Assembly: GCA_958009085.1 (NCBI GenBank)
Contig: OY253672.1
Span: 682,001 to 746,000 of the forward strand
Origin: Protoeuglena noctilucae
Taxonomy: Eukaryota
Reading direction: 5' to 3'
Length of the DNA: 64,000 nt
Position numbers and translations under genes: made by a program
Shown here: positions 51,785 through 64,000 of the stretch, in pieces
Layout: each line of letters starts with the position of its first letter
Position numbering within the stretch: position 1 is the first letter of the stretch
The notes under the pieces: generated by a model
Seen by the model: only the letters and a program-made list of their open reading frames with translations
Told to the model about the DNA's origin: nothing
Databases searched by the model: none

Positions 51785-54700
51785 TCAGGAGGCAGAGGAC
51801 GAGGCAATCCGGCTGAGCCAGCGCCGCAGTCGGCCCACGCGGCGCCCACCCCCCGGGGGGTCCTCTTGGCTTTGAGACGACCTGACCAGCCCCACGCCTG
51901 CCCCGTCGTGCCCATCGTCGTCTCCCGTCCCAGACGCGCTGGCCGGCAAGCTCGCCTCCAACCGCAGCCCCGACCCGGCCTCGCTGTCCTTCTCCGGCGT
52001 GGCTGCGTTGCCAGAACTTGGCCGTGGCTCGCGGCCGTTGCCGTCGTCGGGACTCCCCGTGACCTCTCGGTCGTTCTCCGCCGTCCGAGAGGAGGAAGGG
52101 TGTCTGGGATTTGGGGCCAGGGATGCCCCGCCCTGACCCCGACCCTCCTCGCCGTTCTCAGCGCGACCCGGGGCGTGGCCGGGGTCCAGGTCTGGGCTGG
52201 GCCCGCGTGACCGGTCGGTCGTGGGAGGCGAGGAGGCCGGGCCGGACGGGGACGAGCAAGAGGGAGACACGGGCGCAGGGGCCAGCGGGGCGGCTGCGCG
52301 ATGCGGGGAGGCTGCATGCCGCAGTCCCTCCGAGTCGCTGTCGGGATGGGTGCGCGCGCTAGCGAGCCTCTGACGGAGGTCCCCTAGGCGGTCCTGCGGG
52401 GCACAGCGCGTCCTCTGTTTTGTCTCAGCAGCACATGGATCGTTTTCTAAAGGACGCAGTGTGTGGGTATGGCCGAGCAAGACATGGGCCAACAATGCGG
52501 GTACATGCGACAGCTGTGAAAACAAGAACAACCAACGGCTGTTCTGCGTGCCACACTCACCTTCTTGTCCTGTGGCTGTGGCTGAGCACGCGATGGCGGT
52601 GCGGGGGCTGCCCCACCACGCCCGGCAGACCAGGGCACCGCTGTCCCCACCACACCTGCGCCGCCCATGCCGTCGGAAGCCCCTCGCACCGAGGGCTGCG
52701 GGAGAAAAATGAAAGCATTCGAGGCTTCCAGGAGCGTCGGCGTCGCAGGCATGGCAAGTTTCGTGAAGCCATGCGGCCTTCACCTGGCGCAGGGCCTGCA
52801 GCCGCGCCTGCCGCGCGCGCCCGTTGCTGTGCAGCACGAGCCCCGCGCCGCCGTGCCCGGGCAGCGCGTGCCCGCCGGGATGCGCGGGGGCCCTCTCCGC
52901 AGTGCTCGCGCTGGGCAGCACGAGCCGTGATGGGAAGGCTCCCCCGGTCGGACTCCTGACGTACGACGCATCACCCGCACGTGGGATGCCCGAGCCCGGG
53001 GGCGGCTGCGAGGGAGCAACAGTTGGTACATCTCAAATCCGAGCTTGCTGGATGGAGATCAGACAGCGCTGAGCCACCAGCCACAAGATCAACGTCAATG
53101 CAGACCCCATACCCCGGCCCGCCACCCTCACCATCACCCCGGCGGCGGTCCCAATCTCCATGCCCGCCGGCACCGACGAGCTGTGCGGCGGTCCCGCCCC
53201 ACTCGCCCCACCCGACGGTCGCGCCATGGCCGGACTGCCCCCACCCCGCCGGCCCCGCGGCAGGCCCCGGCGAGGCCCGCCAGAAACCGCACGAGGGTCC
53301 CGCGGCGGCCGCGCGGGGGTCGTCTGCCGGCTGCCCTCGTCCCCGCTCCCCATGCTGAGCACCTCGAGGGGCGGGTGGGACCCCGGTCCCGCGTCCGTTT
53401 CGTTCGCATCCCCCACCAGGCGCACCGCCAGGTCCCGCACACGCGACCGCAGCTGCATGTACCGCTCCTCCGCGTGCGCGCCGGAGAGGTAGCGGTCCAC
53501 GCGGCCTCCGATGGCGGCGAGGATCTCGGGTGGCACGGCGTCGTCGAGCACGGGGGGCGCCCACGCGTGCCGGGACGTCTCGGGGTCGCCGAGAGCCGCG
53601 GGGCCGAAGGGCACGAGGCCGGTTGAACACAGGTCCAGGAGGGCCGAGTGCCGCGAGGCGCCCGAGAGCTCGATGGCGCGCCAGAGGTNNNNNNNNNNNN
53701 NNNNNNNNNNNNNNNNNNNNNNNNNNNNNNNNNNNNNNNNNNNNNNNNNNNNNNNNNNNNNNNNNNNNNNNNNNNNNNNNNNNNNNNNNNNNNNNNNNNN
53801 NNNNNNNNNNNNNNNNNNNNNNNNNNNNNNNNNNNNNNNNNNNNNNNNNNNNNNNNNNNNNNNNNNNNNNNNNNNNNNNNNNNNNNNNACCGAGGACTCG
53901 TTCCTCCGCACGTGCGTCTTGATCTCCTTGGCGCGGTTGGCGTACTTGAGCGTGTTGACCTGCGCCAGGGGCACGTGCCGGGCGCTGGGCGTGGGAGATG
54001 CGCGGGGTGCGACTGGGATCACAGTTTACCAACTGCTTGACCATGGCAGAGAGCCTCTGGCACTGCCCCTCACCGAGTGCTGGTACTGCCCGTCGGCGCT
54101 CGACACCGTGGCGACCATGACGGTGCGCGAGTTGCCGCAGAGGCCGTCCTTGAGGAGCCGGGTGAGCTTCGAGTCGCGCCAGGGCACGAACACAAGCCCC
54201 TTGCGCTGCCGCTTGCCGAGGGAGTTGATGCAGTTGGCCAGCGCGAGCAGCGATCGGTTGATGTTGGCGCCATCCTTCAGCTGCTGGCCCCGGTTCTTCG
54301 TCTCGGCCGCGCGCTCGCTCCCCGCCAGGTCCACCAGCGACAGCCGGGCCGTGGTCACCGTCCGCTGGTACCTGTGCACCTGCGGTGTGGCACGGGCACA
54401 GGGGGTCATGCGACAACGACAGCAACTACAACACCATGCACCCGGGGTCCACTGCTCAAATCCACAAGGCTCGCGCAAGAGGGCAGCTTGCTGTCGTCAT
54501 GCCCCTCACCTCGGACCGCTGCACTTCGATCTCGAGGACGGCGTGCGAGCGGGACGAGACGGCGTTGACCTCGGTCGGCTCCGTCTTGCGGCGCCGGTTG
54601 CCCTCTTGCAGGAGCCCGTAGATCTCCTCCGCAGACGCCACCCGCACCCGACTCAGGCCCGTCACCTTTGGGCCTTCCTCCGGGTCCTCCCTGCGGCAAC

Positions 54701-56000
54701 CACGACGCAAGGCGAGGTTCAACACGCAACCGTACGTCACACAGTGGTGCCAGCACCACGCAGCTAGTCCAGCCATCATCACAGGTGTTGGACAGGGCAA
54801 AGAGTGCTCTCACCGCAGCTCCAGGCCGTCTGAGTCGGGGACGAGGAGGTCGTAGATGACTTCGTTATAGACCTGCGCGGGCGGAGGCGGCGTGCTGTGG
54901 TGAATGGTGGCCGGGCGCGCCAATTCGTGGAAACAGCATCGCGTTCGTGCTTCGTCCCGGCGCACCTCGAGGTACGAGCACGTCACGTTCCACTTGTGGT
55001 CCGGGTCGTCGCCGATGTAGCGGAAGATGTCCCGCAACGCGAGGACTGCGGGGGCAGCGACAAAGGCAGCGTTTCAGAGATGCGAGCGTGGTGCCACGGC
55101 GCGCCACGAGCCCCACCCTCACGCTCGCATCTCTCACCCATGAGCCCCGGGTCCTCCTCCGTCCCCACCATCGTGTACGTCTTCCCGGACCCCGTCGCTC
55201 CATACGCAAACACCGTGGCGTTGAACCCCCGGAGAACACCGGGCACGATGCCGTGCACCATGTGCCTGTACACCTCCCTGTTGTCTGCGTCGCCGTCGAA
55301 CGCCCTGTCAAACACGTATTGGCGCTCCCGGCACTCAGGCACTCCCTGCACCAGCCGCATGCGCTTGTCCCTCCGCATTGCCGTGCTGCGGAAGAGTCAG
55401 GGAAGGGCACAAGTGCCTGCATGGAAGCCTGGTGCTCCTTAGCCTCAGCAGTAGAGAGGCGCGAGTCAGCGCGGGCTCACTTGTACATGTCCTCGTTCGG
55501 GTCCATGACGACGACGACGCGGTCCTCGATAATGCGCGAAATGGATCGCATGCCCTTGCTGCGTTCTGGTCGCGTTAGTGGTCTGCATCGGACCCCGACG
55601 CAGAGCGTGGCGCCACTCACACCCTTCTGCTCCAGCACGCGGCTGAAGGTGAGGCTGTTCTCCGCTGGGGCCCCCAGCTCGCCCTGTGAGGGCGACACCG
55701 CGGCAAAAAAGTCATAAATCCCCGCCCGCCTGTGCCAGCGTGCCCTGCCCTGTTCCCAAACTCGCCCCCGGCCACGGAAACGGACCCCCCGCCTGTGCCA
55801 TTGCCTGTCGGGCCACGGCAGCGCAACGAAATGATGTGTGCCCCGCGAATGCGATATGAGAGGCAGCGGCGCAGGCAGACCGCACCGCGTGCCCACCGCG
55901 CGCATGCGCTGCGCCCTCGTGCCTCCCATGTGGCCTATCGTGCGCGGAAGGCGGGCAACCGCGGCCGTCCACTCACCGCCAATCCCTCTTTCAACGTCAT
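51785..56000 (-). CDS. Kinesin-8 (KIF18/KIF19-like) motor protein; multi-exon, spans an assembly gap
   Basis: [60 protein letters not shown]-type [46 protein letters not shown]. The start and 3' exons are approximate. Confidence 0.9.
53689..53888. other. Assembly gap (200 N) within the kinesin gene
   Basis: Run of exactly 200 N. Confidence 0.99.
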
Positions 56001-56276
56001 GGTGGGTGCAGCCTCAATCCCTAACCCCCGGCGAGGCTAAACGGCCAAGATTGAGCTGCAAGTCAACGTCGCGATGCCATTTCTGCGCCAAACATGCCAC
56101 CTGTGAAAGAGCGGCAATCTGCGCGTCGTGCGCTGCCCCGCGGCCGCTTGGGCCCGCGGCCTGAATTCTGACGTAGGGCATTGCCCACATGGCATGAAGA
56201 CCTCCGCGAGGCCCGCTGTGTTGCACATTCCGTGCAGGCTAACAATTCCAGTGCTGGGGGTGCGAGGTGGCGGGAA

Positions 56277-59200
56277 ATGAGGGGGGAGAAGAAGCTTTTT
56301 GGTGAGTTTGACGAGCGAGCGTGGTTCGGTCAATGCCGTGCACGCTTGTCGCATGCGATGCATTCATGTTCCTCTCGATAATTTGATGAAACCATGGGCG
56401 CTCCTGCGGACGATTGCAGTGTCCCAATTTGCGGGGAAAAAGCTGCGGGGGAAGCGGAAGAGAAGGCGCGACGCGGAGGACGGCGAGGGAGTGGCTGCGC
56501 CGCCACAAGCCAGCGCATACGATGCACTCTTGGGCTCGCTTTCCAGGGCCAACGGCGGCGCAGAGGCGAGCCGGCAGCGCGGCACAGCAGGCCCGGCGGC
56601 CGCGCCCCTCCCTTCGCACTGCATTGCGAAAGCCCCGCGGCCTGGCCCCATGCAGCCTATTCGCAGGCACTTACGGGAGCGAGAGGGTGACAGCGAAGGG
56701 AGCGGCGGTCGGGGCGAGGACGACGCAGGGAGCAGCGGGGACGACGCGCAGTCGGCAGGGTCGGCCCGGGCGCCCGTCGTCGCGCGGGCTGTCGCGGGGA
56801 GCGCCGGGGATCTGGCCGGGACGTCCGAAGCCGTCGTGGGCCTTTGTGGCGAACCCCCCTGGCAGCCGGAGGGCGCAGGAGAGCCCACCAAGGATGCAAT
56901 CAAGGACGCACAGGACGCACTTGAGAGGCACGTGAGCCACGTGCTCGCGGACGACGAGGTGGCGGCGCTCGCGGGTCCCTCGGGCCGCGCGCATGCGGTG
57001 GAGTGGGGCCCTGGGCGGGGCGCGGAGGTGGCGGCAACGTGGGCTCCGGACGCCGCCCTGCGTGCGACACGCAGCCGGGGCTCCGCGGAGGGCCCGCGCA
57101 TGGCCGCGCGGCTGCGTGACATGGGCGTGAAGGAGCGCTGCGTGGCGCGGTGGCGCGAGGAGGTGCTGGGAGGGTCCGCGCCGGCGCCGGGTGACACGGA
57201 TTTCCTGACTCGGGAGCAGCAGGCCCTGTTCGCGTTGCTGCGGTCGTTCCGGGACGTCGTCTACCCCCTGTATCGCTACCCGGACGCCTCGCGGGCCCTG
57301 GGCCTCCCCGGGCGAGGGTGCGGGGGTGGCCCGGGGGACGCGGTGATGGATGCTGTGCTTCTGCACATCGTGGACCACGTGGCACGGAGCGCAGACACCG
57401 TGCGCAAGAACAACGCGGTCGCGGAGGAGGCCAAGGCTGCGGGACGCCCGCTGGACGAGGTGCGTGGCCGGGCCGGGTGGGGGTGCGTGAGACGAGGTTG
57501 GCGGGTGCACAGCGGGTGGTCTTGCCCGGAAGCAGGTGTAGGCTGGCGACTTGCAGGTCGCAAGTGCGATTCCCAGAACGCCCAGTGCCCTTGTGACCGC
57601 GCAGGTGCCACGAGACCAGGGCTTTGTGCGCACGCGAGCGCTGTTGCTGGTGCCGATGCGCAACGTGGCGTACTGGTGCGTGATGCGTCTGATGGCTCTC
57701 GCTCAGAAGGAGACACGTGCCGACACGTACCAGGGCAAGGCCCGTTTCCTGCGTGACTTTGGGCCGGACGAGGACGACGCAGAGGGCGGCGCGGGAGCAG
57801 CCGGCGGGCGCGACAAGCCGGGGGACTTCAAGGCCCTCTTTCACGGGAATTGGTAAGCGTTGTGGCCGGTCTTCGTTCATTTCCGCTCTTGCGGCCGCGT
57901 TGTGCCTGTAACCGTGGCTTTGATGCAGCTGATTGCCAACACCGACCCCCTCAGTAAGTGAGCCGTGCCACGGCCCGTCGGTTCCCTCGCAGTGACGACC
58001 ACTTCGCGGTGGGCCTAAAGATCACGCGCGGCGCGGTGAAGATCCTCTGGAAGGGTCTGGAGGAGGCGGATGTCGTGGTTGCGTCGCCCCTGGGCGTGGC
58101 CACAGCGCTGCAGGAGTCAATCCAAGAGAAAGGAGAGGGAAAGATTGACTGGCTCACGTCCGTCGAGGTGGGGAAGTGGGAGGGCGGATTCGCACGGCAG
58201 CCTGCTTGGCGTCGCACCGCGCACCGGGTGCTATCGGCGTTCGTACTTCGCTAGCGGTCCAGGAGACGCGGATTGCGCACCACGCTATGCTTCCTATTCG
58301 CAGATTCTCGTCGTGGCGCGCGCGGACGTGATGGTGATGCAGAACTGGCAGCACGTGGAGACGACGATGGCGGCCCTGAACCAGCTGCCAGAGACGCAGC
58401 ACGGGGACATCATGCGCGTGAGGGAGTGGGCGCTGGCGGGGCACGCCCGGCACTACCGCCAGACCGTCGTGCTGACGTCACTCGAGTCGCCGGAGGTGGC
58501 AGCCCTGGCAGCCAAGTGCGCCAACCACGCCGGATGCGTGCGGTGGGCAGTCCAGCACCCGGGGGTGCTGGGCCACGTGGCGCCCGGCGTGCGGCAGATG
58601 TTCGAGCGTCTGGATGCCGGTGAGCGGGATGGGTGCCGGGCAGACCGATTCTAAGAACGCCTGCGTGCGTCACGGGCAACTGCATCACGTTTGCTGCCTG
58701 CACTGTAGCGCCTGCCTGGTGCCGGTGGAGTGGACCTGCCCGGTCACTCACATCTGCGCTGCTCAACTGCCGCAGATTCCTTCGATGCTGCGCCCGACGC
58801 TCGATTCCGGCACTTCGTTGCCAAGGTCTGGCCCCGCATCCGGGACGCGGGCGTCACGGGGCAGCTCCTCTTCGTGCCTTCCTACTTTGACTTCCTTCGC
58901 CTCCGTCGCTTCTTCAAGGAGGAGGGCGTCGATGTGGCGCTGGCTTCCGAGTACCAAGACAAGAGGTGAGGCGGGGGTGGAGGCAGATGAGCAAGGCAAG
59001 AGGTGAGGCTTGCTGGAGGCAGGCGATACAACACCTGTCGCCCATCTCTCCGCTAACCTAGGACGGCCACAGCGACACTCCCGGTGTTTCCTGCAGGGGC
59101 TTCACCCGCGCACGTACGACGTTCTTCCAGGGCACACGCCGCGTGATGCTCTACACCGAGCGCGCGCACTTCTACCACCGCTTCCGCATCCGCGGCGTCC

Positions 59201-59532
59201 GCGACGTGGTATTCTACGCAATCCCGGAGCACGAGGCCTTCTACCCAGAGATCCTCTCGATGGTCGAGACGGGGCCGACGGGACACGGAACCGTGCAGGC
59301 CCTCTTCTCAGCATGGGACGCCCTGGCACTCCGCAGACTCGTCGGGGTGAGGCTGGCTGCGGCGTGCTATGGCGCGCTATGCATGGGGGGCGTCACGTGG
59401 GGTTGGCGCACGTTGGGGTCGCAGGGGCTGTGTCCCGAGGGGCTGTGACAGCAGTCTCTCGCTTGTTCTCTTCAGAGCAAGCGCGCGGACAAGATGATCA
59501 AGGGCGAGGCCCGCACCTTCATGTTCTGCTGA
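56277..59532 (+). CDS. UTP25: U3 snoRNA-associated protein 25 (UTP25/DIEXF); multi-exon
   Basis: RDQGFVRTRALLLVPMRN; DDHFAVGLKI; ADVVVASPLG; IDWLTSVE; MQNWQHV; LLFVPSYFDFLRLRRF; MLYTERAHFYHRFRIRGVR; terminal TFMFC*. Confidence 0.93.
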
Positions 59533-59630
59533 AGCACAAAGCACGCCAGGACTTCAGATCAACACCACAGCAGCAAGCGACAGCTCTTTAGCCCTAGCAG
59601 CGTCTAGCACGTGCTGTGGCGTGACCCGCC

Positions 59631-61246
59631 TCACGCCCACGCGTGCCGCGCCGTGAACCATTCGGGCGCTCCCTCGCTCGGCGCCTGCGTGACGCGCGCG
59701 TGGCGCATCAGCACCGCCTCACGATTCTCCCCGGGGCCCACTAAGTCATCCAGGTAGGGCTCGAGCTCCGCGCGGGACCACCGGCTCTTGAACGCAAACA
59801 GAGCGCCGAAGCGCGAGGGGCCGTCGAAGGGGAGGTCGCTTGCACAGAGCCGAAGCACGCGGGCTCCCGCTCCTGTGGGAGGCGACAGGGACGGAAGCGG
59901 GATGCGGTACGAAGGGTGGACAAGGATTGGGCAAGGCAAAGCACAGCAGGGAGAGGCTTCCGGCCATCTGAACATGCTCTTGGTCACATCGCCATTGCGG
60001 CTCTTTGGCATGCGTTTAGGCTCGCGTGACGCCTCACCTGTCGTCACCACGACTGCCTCCCCCGCCAGCATGTCCAGGGTGGGAGCCAGGCCCCCCGGCA
60101 GGCTCTCGTCCCATGCCCCCAGAAACTCCTTCTCAGGCCACTCGGGCCTTTCGTGCAGCAGGGCTGCCGCTGCTGCCCGGCAGCAGCGCCCTGCGTGGAG
60201 CACGGGTGTGTCTATGCAGCAGGCCTTGGCTTGCGTAGGCAGACAGCGGCTGTCAGGGCGCGGCTGCTTAGCGCAACGCGCATCAAACGCTGCATGGAGC
60301 CCGCCGCACGCACTTGCGTCCACAGCCCACAGCTCGTCGGGCGCAGGCGGGCCTTGTTGCAACGATCGTGGCTCTTGGCAGACGCCCCTGAGAATCTGCG
60401 CCACCACGTCCTCGTCGTACCCATCCTTGGCCAGTGCAGCGCTGCGAGGGCGGGAGCGCGTGCCGGCATCGCCGCCTCAACGGCAGCTGCACCGCCCATC
60501 CCGCACCGGAACGCGTCACCCACCAGAGCCGCTGGAGGGGCGCGCCTCCCATGCTCCATCCTTCCGCAATGCACGTCAGGAGCGCCATGCGGACGACCTC
60601 CGCGCGAAAGCCCGCGTCCACGGCTTGCCATCGGCCCCCGACGCTCACGGCCCCGAGGCGCGAGAGGGCCCCGTGCAGCTCCGCGCGGCTCATGGGCACC
60701 CAGGTCAGGAGTTCCTCTAGCGTCTGCCCTGGCGATGAAGACGTCGAGGGATCGCTGGCCTCGGGGTCCACATCGCCACGGTAGACGGACCGCAGCAGGG
60801 CGTTGCGGAGGGGCTCGACCTTGGGCGCGCACTGGACCAGCTCGAGGTGCGCGGAAGCCGTGGACTGCACGAAGATGTCTCGCGCCGACATGCCTTCGTC
60901 CGAGGCGGGCCGCAGCGGCGCGTCGGAGACCATCAGCAAGTTGGACGTCTCGACCTTCTTGACCTGCTCGCTCGGGCGTGGTTCCTCGATCAGGCGGGTC
61001 GGCTCCAAGGCAAGCAAGCAAGGACGCGGGCGTGTTGTGAGGGGATCCTGCCGTCACCTCGAAGGTCTGGCTGTCCGTGCAGAGCACAGCGCCCGCATCA
61101 TCATCGGCGCCCCTGATGACGACACCGGACGCCTCAAGTTCAGCGAGCAACTCTTCGCTCACTTCCAGGAGGGTGAATTTTTCGTTGCCAAGGCTACCGG
61201 GGGCAAGCGACAAGCTCCACCGCGTCTCCTCGGGCGCGAGCGCCAT
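59631..61246 (-). CDS. DCC1: Sister chromatid cohesion protein Dcc1 (Ctf18-RFC subunit); multi-exon
   Basis: FTLLEVSEELL...VVIRGADDD.GAVLCTDSQTFEVKKVETSNLLMV; PMSRAEL; DLPFDGPSRFGALFAFKSRWSRAELEPYL. Confidence 0.9.
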
Positions 61247-61723
61247 GCTGGGCGCCGATGGCTGGCCCAGTTGGATCTGCAGCCAAGCTCGGCCCCGATG
61301 CAGTTCCTTAGCACTGCCGTGAAGGCTGCGCTGCAATCCTCGGGCGCGTTCGACGGCTGGAGGAGCCAGTCCAAAATGCCAGACTGTCAGACCGGGCCGA
61401 TTCTCGATACTAAAGCCGTGTTCCTCTGTACCCTTCGCAAATAGGCACGCGAGGACGTGATCTGGCCCGCACTGACCGGCGCAGGTGTCTCGTTTAGCCC
61501 CCCCTAAGTCCGCGTGACCGGTGTGATGTCCTTGTGGGCAATCCGCGCCGCCAAGCCCCGCGTGTCCTTGCTACCACAGAGCCCGAGCGCTGCTGGTCTT
61601 GGCTCGTCCCCTCATCGCGAATCGAGGCGCGGGGACCACCCGCACCGTGCGCGCCACGACCGACCCGCAGCGCGCCCTGCGCCATCGGCACACAAGCGTG
61701 ACCGCTGGGAGCGACTCTTCGCA

Positions 61724-62568
61724 ATGTCGGGAACAGGTTCGACCGAGCAGGGGAGCCCGGCGATCTTCGTGTACGGCACGCTGATGGACGAAGACATCCT
61801 TCAGTTGTTGCTGGGCAGGATCCCGGCCATGAAGGACGCCACGGTGAAGGGCTTCAGGTAAGCTGTCCTCCTTTGAGAACGGGCCTTGCTGGACGCCTGG
61901 CCGCTGGCCCGAGAGCGCAAGGGACTCGGCACGTCATGTTGCAGGCGCTACGGTCTCCGCAACCGCGCCTTCCCCGGCACCGTGCGCGATGCGTCGTCCA
62001 GCGTCACCGGGAAGCTGCTCATGGGCCTGAACAGCCGGGAGATGTACATCTTGGACGAATACGAGGACGACGACTACGACCGCGTCGAGACGGTGGCGGT
62101 CGAGGCGAGGGGCGAGCAGCCGAGGGTGCTCCTCGGCTCTGGCTCTGCAGGCCTTACCACGCTCCGCGTCGACGTGCAGCTGGTTACGCATCGTCGCTCC
62201 CCTGGGTCCCTCCTGCCTGCAGGAGGGCACGGGACAGGAGCACCCCGCTGCCATTTACCTCTGGGTGGACCGCCTCAAGTCTGACCTCGAGGGCGAATGG
62301 GACTACGACACGTTCAAGCGGGTGAACAAGGCCAGGTGCGACTCTCGCGGGACCGTACCGTGCTGTGCCCCAGTCGCACTACTGCCTCACATCCACCCCA
62401 CTGCTCGTCAGTACATTGCCTCAGAGATCCAGCTCAGCATTGCAAATGGTCATAAACCTTGCCCGCAGTTACGTCGACATGGTGTCTCGGTTCGTGGCGA
62501 AGGACCTCCCGGGCCTTCTGGAGCGGCGCAGGGCCGGTGCAGCAGCGGGCGCAGCAAACAAGAACTAG
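61724..62568 (+). CDS. AIG2-like gamma-glutamylcyclotransferase-fold protein; 4 exons
   Basis: IFVYGTLM; RYGLRNRAFPG; VTGKLLMGL...ILDEYEDDDYDR; GEWDYDTF. Confidence 0.88.
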
Positions 62569-62673
62569 GGGGCTTTAGACCTGTTCTGCGACTACCCCTG
62601 CAACTAGACACGCTATTGCTACCGATTAACTAACACGGCCAAGCATGCTGCACGTGAGCTAACACAGTTGCAA

Positions 62674-64000
62674 TCACTGTCGTGTACGGTGCAATGCGCG
62701 GATGCCAGGCATGCCCCGGCCCTCAATCAGCTCCAGGCTCGCCCCGCCGCCCGTGCTGATGTGGCTGAACTGCCTGCCGCACCCGCACTGCTCGACGGCA
62801 GCCGCGCTGTCGCCGCCGCCGACGATCGTCACCGCTCCCCGCGCCTTGCCCTCCGCCACGGCCCGCAGCACCGCCTGCGTCCCGCCCTCATACACCCCCA
62901 CCTCAAACTTGCCCATCGGCCCATTCCAAAAAATCGTCCGGCTGCATGAGACGAGGACCTCCTCAGTCACGACCCCACCTGACGATCGCATCCAATGAAC
63001 CCTAGTAACCCTTGCAGCTCCCCTCACCAGGTCTGCAAGCTGCGTGCGTACAGCTCTGCCGTCTCGGGCCCCACGTCCCCGCCGTAGAGCCCCGGGCGCA
63101 CGCATGGGCTGTCCGGGCCGCAGCAGCCGGGATACACGCGGACGACCTCCGTCTTCGCGCCCTCTTCAAGGGTATCCCCGGCCATGACATCCACGGGGAG
63201 GAGGAAGCGCACGCCGCGCTTAACGGCCTTGTCGAGGATCTCCCGGGCCAGGCCCACCTTATCGACCTCCACCAGGGTCTGCAGAAAGAGTGGGTGGGGA
63301 TGACTAGGATGCACGGATGACAGTGGCATGGGCTCCGCTGCAAGATGGCAATCGCAGTGTGTCTGCCAGCTCACTGCCTCATGCCCGCGTGTCTGCAAGT
63401 CCCACCTGGCCGACATGGATGCCCTCGGCTGCAAGGAACGTGAAGGCCATGCGGCCGCCCAGCAGGATGCAGTCAGCGATGTCAATCAGCGCCTGCAAGG
63501 TCGAGGTGGATGGAATCATCTCACACCCCGGCGTGTCTGCGTGACTGCCCGCAGTGGCTCAGGAAAGCGCTGCCTCAGTCACACAGCGAGCAATTCGTCA
63601 CTCACTTTGAGCACGCCGATCTTGTCGGCCACCTTGGCGCCCCCCACGACGCAGCAAAAGGGGCGTTGCGCCTTCCACATGGCCGCCGTGAGGAAGCGGA
63701 CCTCCTGCCGCAGCAACAGGCCCGGGTAGGCCTCCGCGGCCAGGGATGCGATGCCGCTGACGGACGCATGGGCGCGGTGGGCGGCCCCGAAGGCATCCAG
63801 CACCACCACGTCGGCGCGGCTGGCGTCGAGCAGGGCACGCGCGAAGGCCTCGTCGTTCGCCTCGTCGCCTGCGTGGAAGCGGGTGTTTTCCAGGACGACG
63901 AACTCGCCGGCCTGCAGTTGCGTCACGGCCGCGTGCACCGCCGGGCCCACGCAGTCGTCCACGAATCCCCGGAAGGCCGCCGGCCGCTCGCGCGCGAAGA
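62674..64000 (-). CDS. pgk: Phosphoglycerate kinase (3' part; 5' end lies beyond the right edge); multi-exon
   Basis: VLENTRFH, DAFGAAHRAHAS, GGAKVADKI, GGGMAFTF, WNGPMGKFE, GGGDS, HISTGGGASLELIEG. Confidence 0.96.

Noticed and set aside
53689..53888. Apparent disruption of the kinesin gene
   Set aside because: Scaffolding gap of Ns, not a biological lesion; the motor domain motifs are intact.

Overview
Eukaryotic nuclear DNA from a very compact, GC-rich genome with short spliceosomal introns (mostly about 70-120 nt). Thylakoid Tat, plastid Cu-ATPase, fibrillin and YceD genes point to a photosynthetic organism, and IFT74 plus DRC8 point to flagella, so this is most likely a green alga; the species cannot be fixed from sequence alone. 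About 28 protein-coding genes, nearly all intron-containing, fill the window almost end to end: a PHD-finger protein (runs off the left end), a secreted TSP3/DUF642-like protein, RanBPM, LSM11, queuosine salvage QNG1, Sec20, GT71 mannosyltransferase, an unknown protein, a BTB-BACK protein, SART3, PanC, TatA/Tha4, a PAA1-like P1B ATPase, an ankyrin protein, YceD/DUF177 with an abutting upstream micro-ORF, DRC8, IFT74, an AFG2/SPATA5-like AAA ATPase, otubain, RPL34, an ACT-domain STY kinase, fibrillin, kinesin-8 (interrupted by a 200-N gap), UTP25, DCC1, an AIG2-like GGCT and PGK (runs off the right end). No tRNA, rRNA, CRISPR array or transposase was recognised. Most interesting: (i) a candidate bicistronic locus in which a spliced 59-aa membrane micro-ORF stops in a TGATG overlap with the YceD start, (ii) recurrent GC-AG introns, (iii) a secreted protein carrying a module that looks bacterial, and (iv) LSM11, which implies U7-type histone mRNA processing. 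All gene models were spliced by eye, so start codons and some exon borders are approximate, and all family calls rest on recalled motifs rather than database searches.
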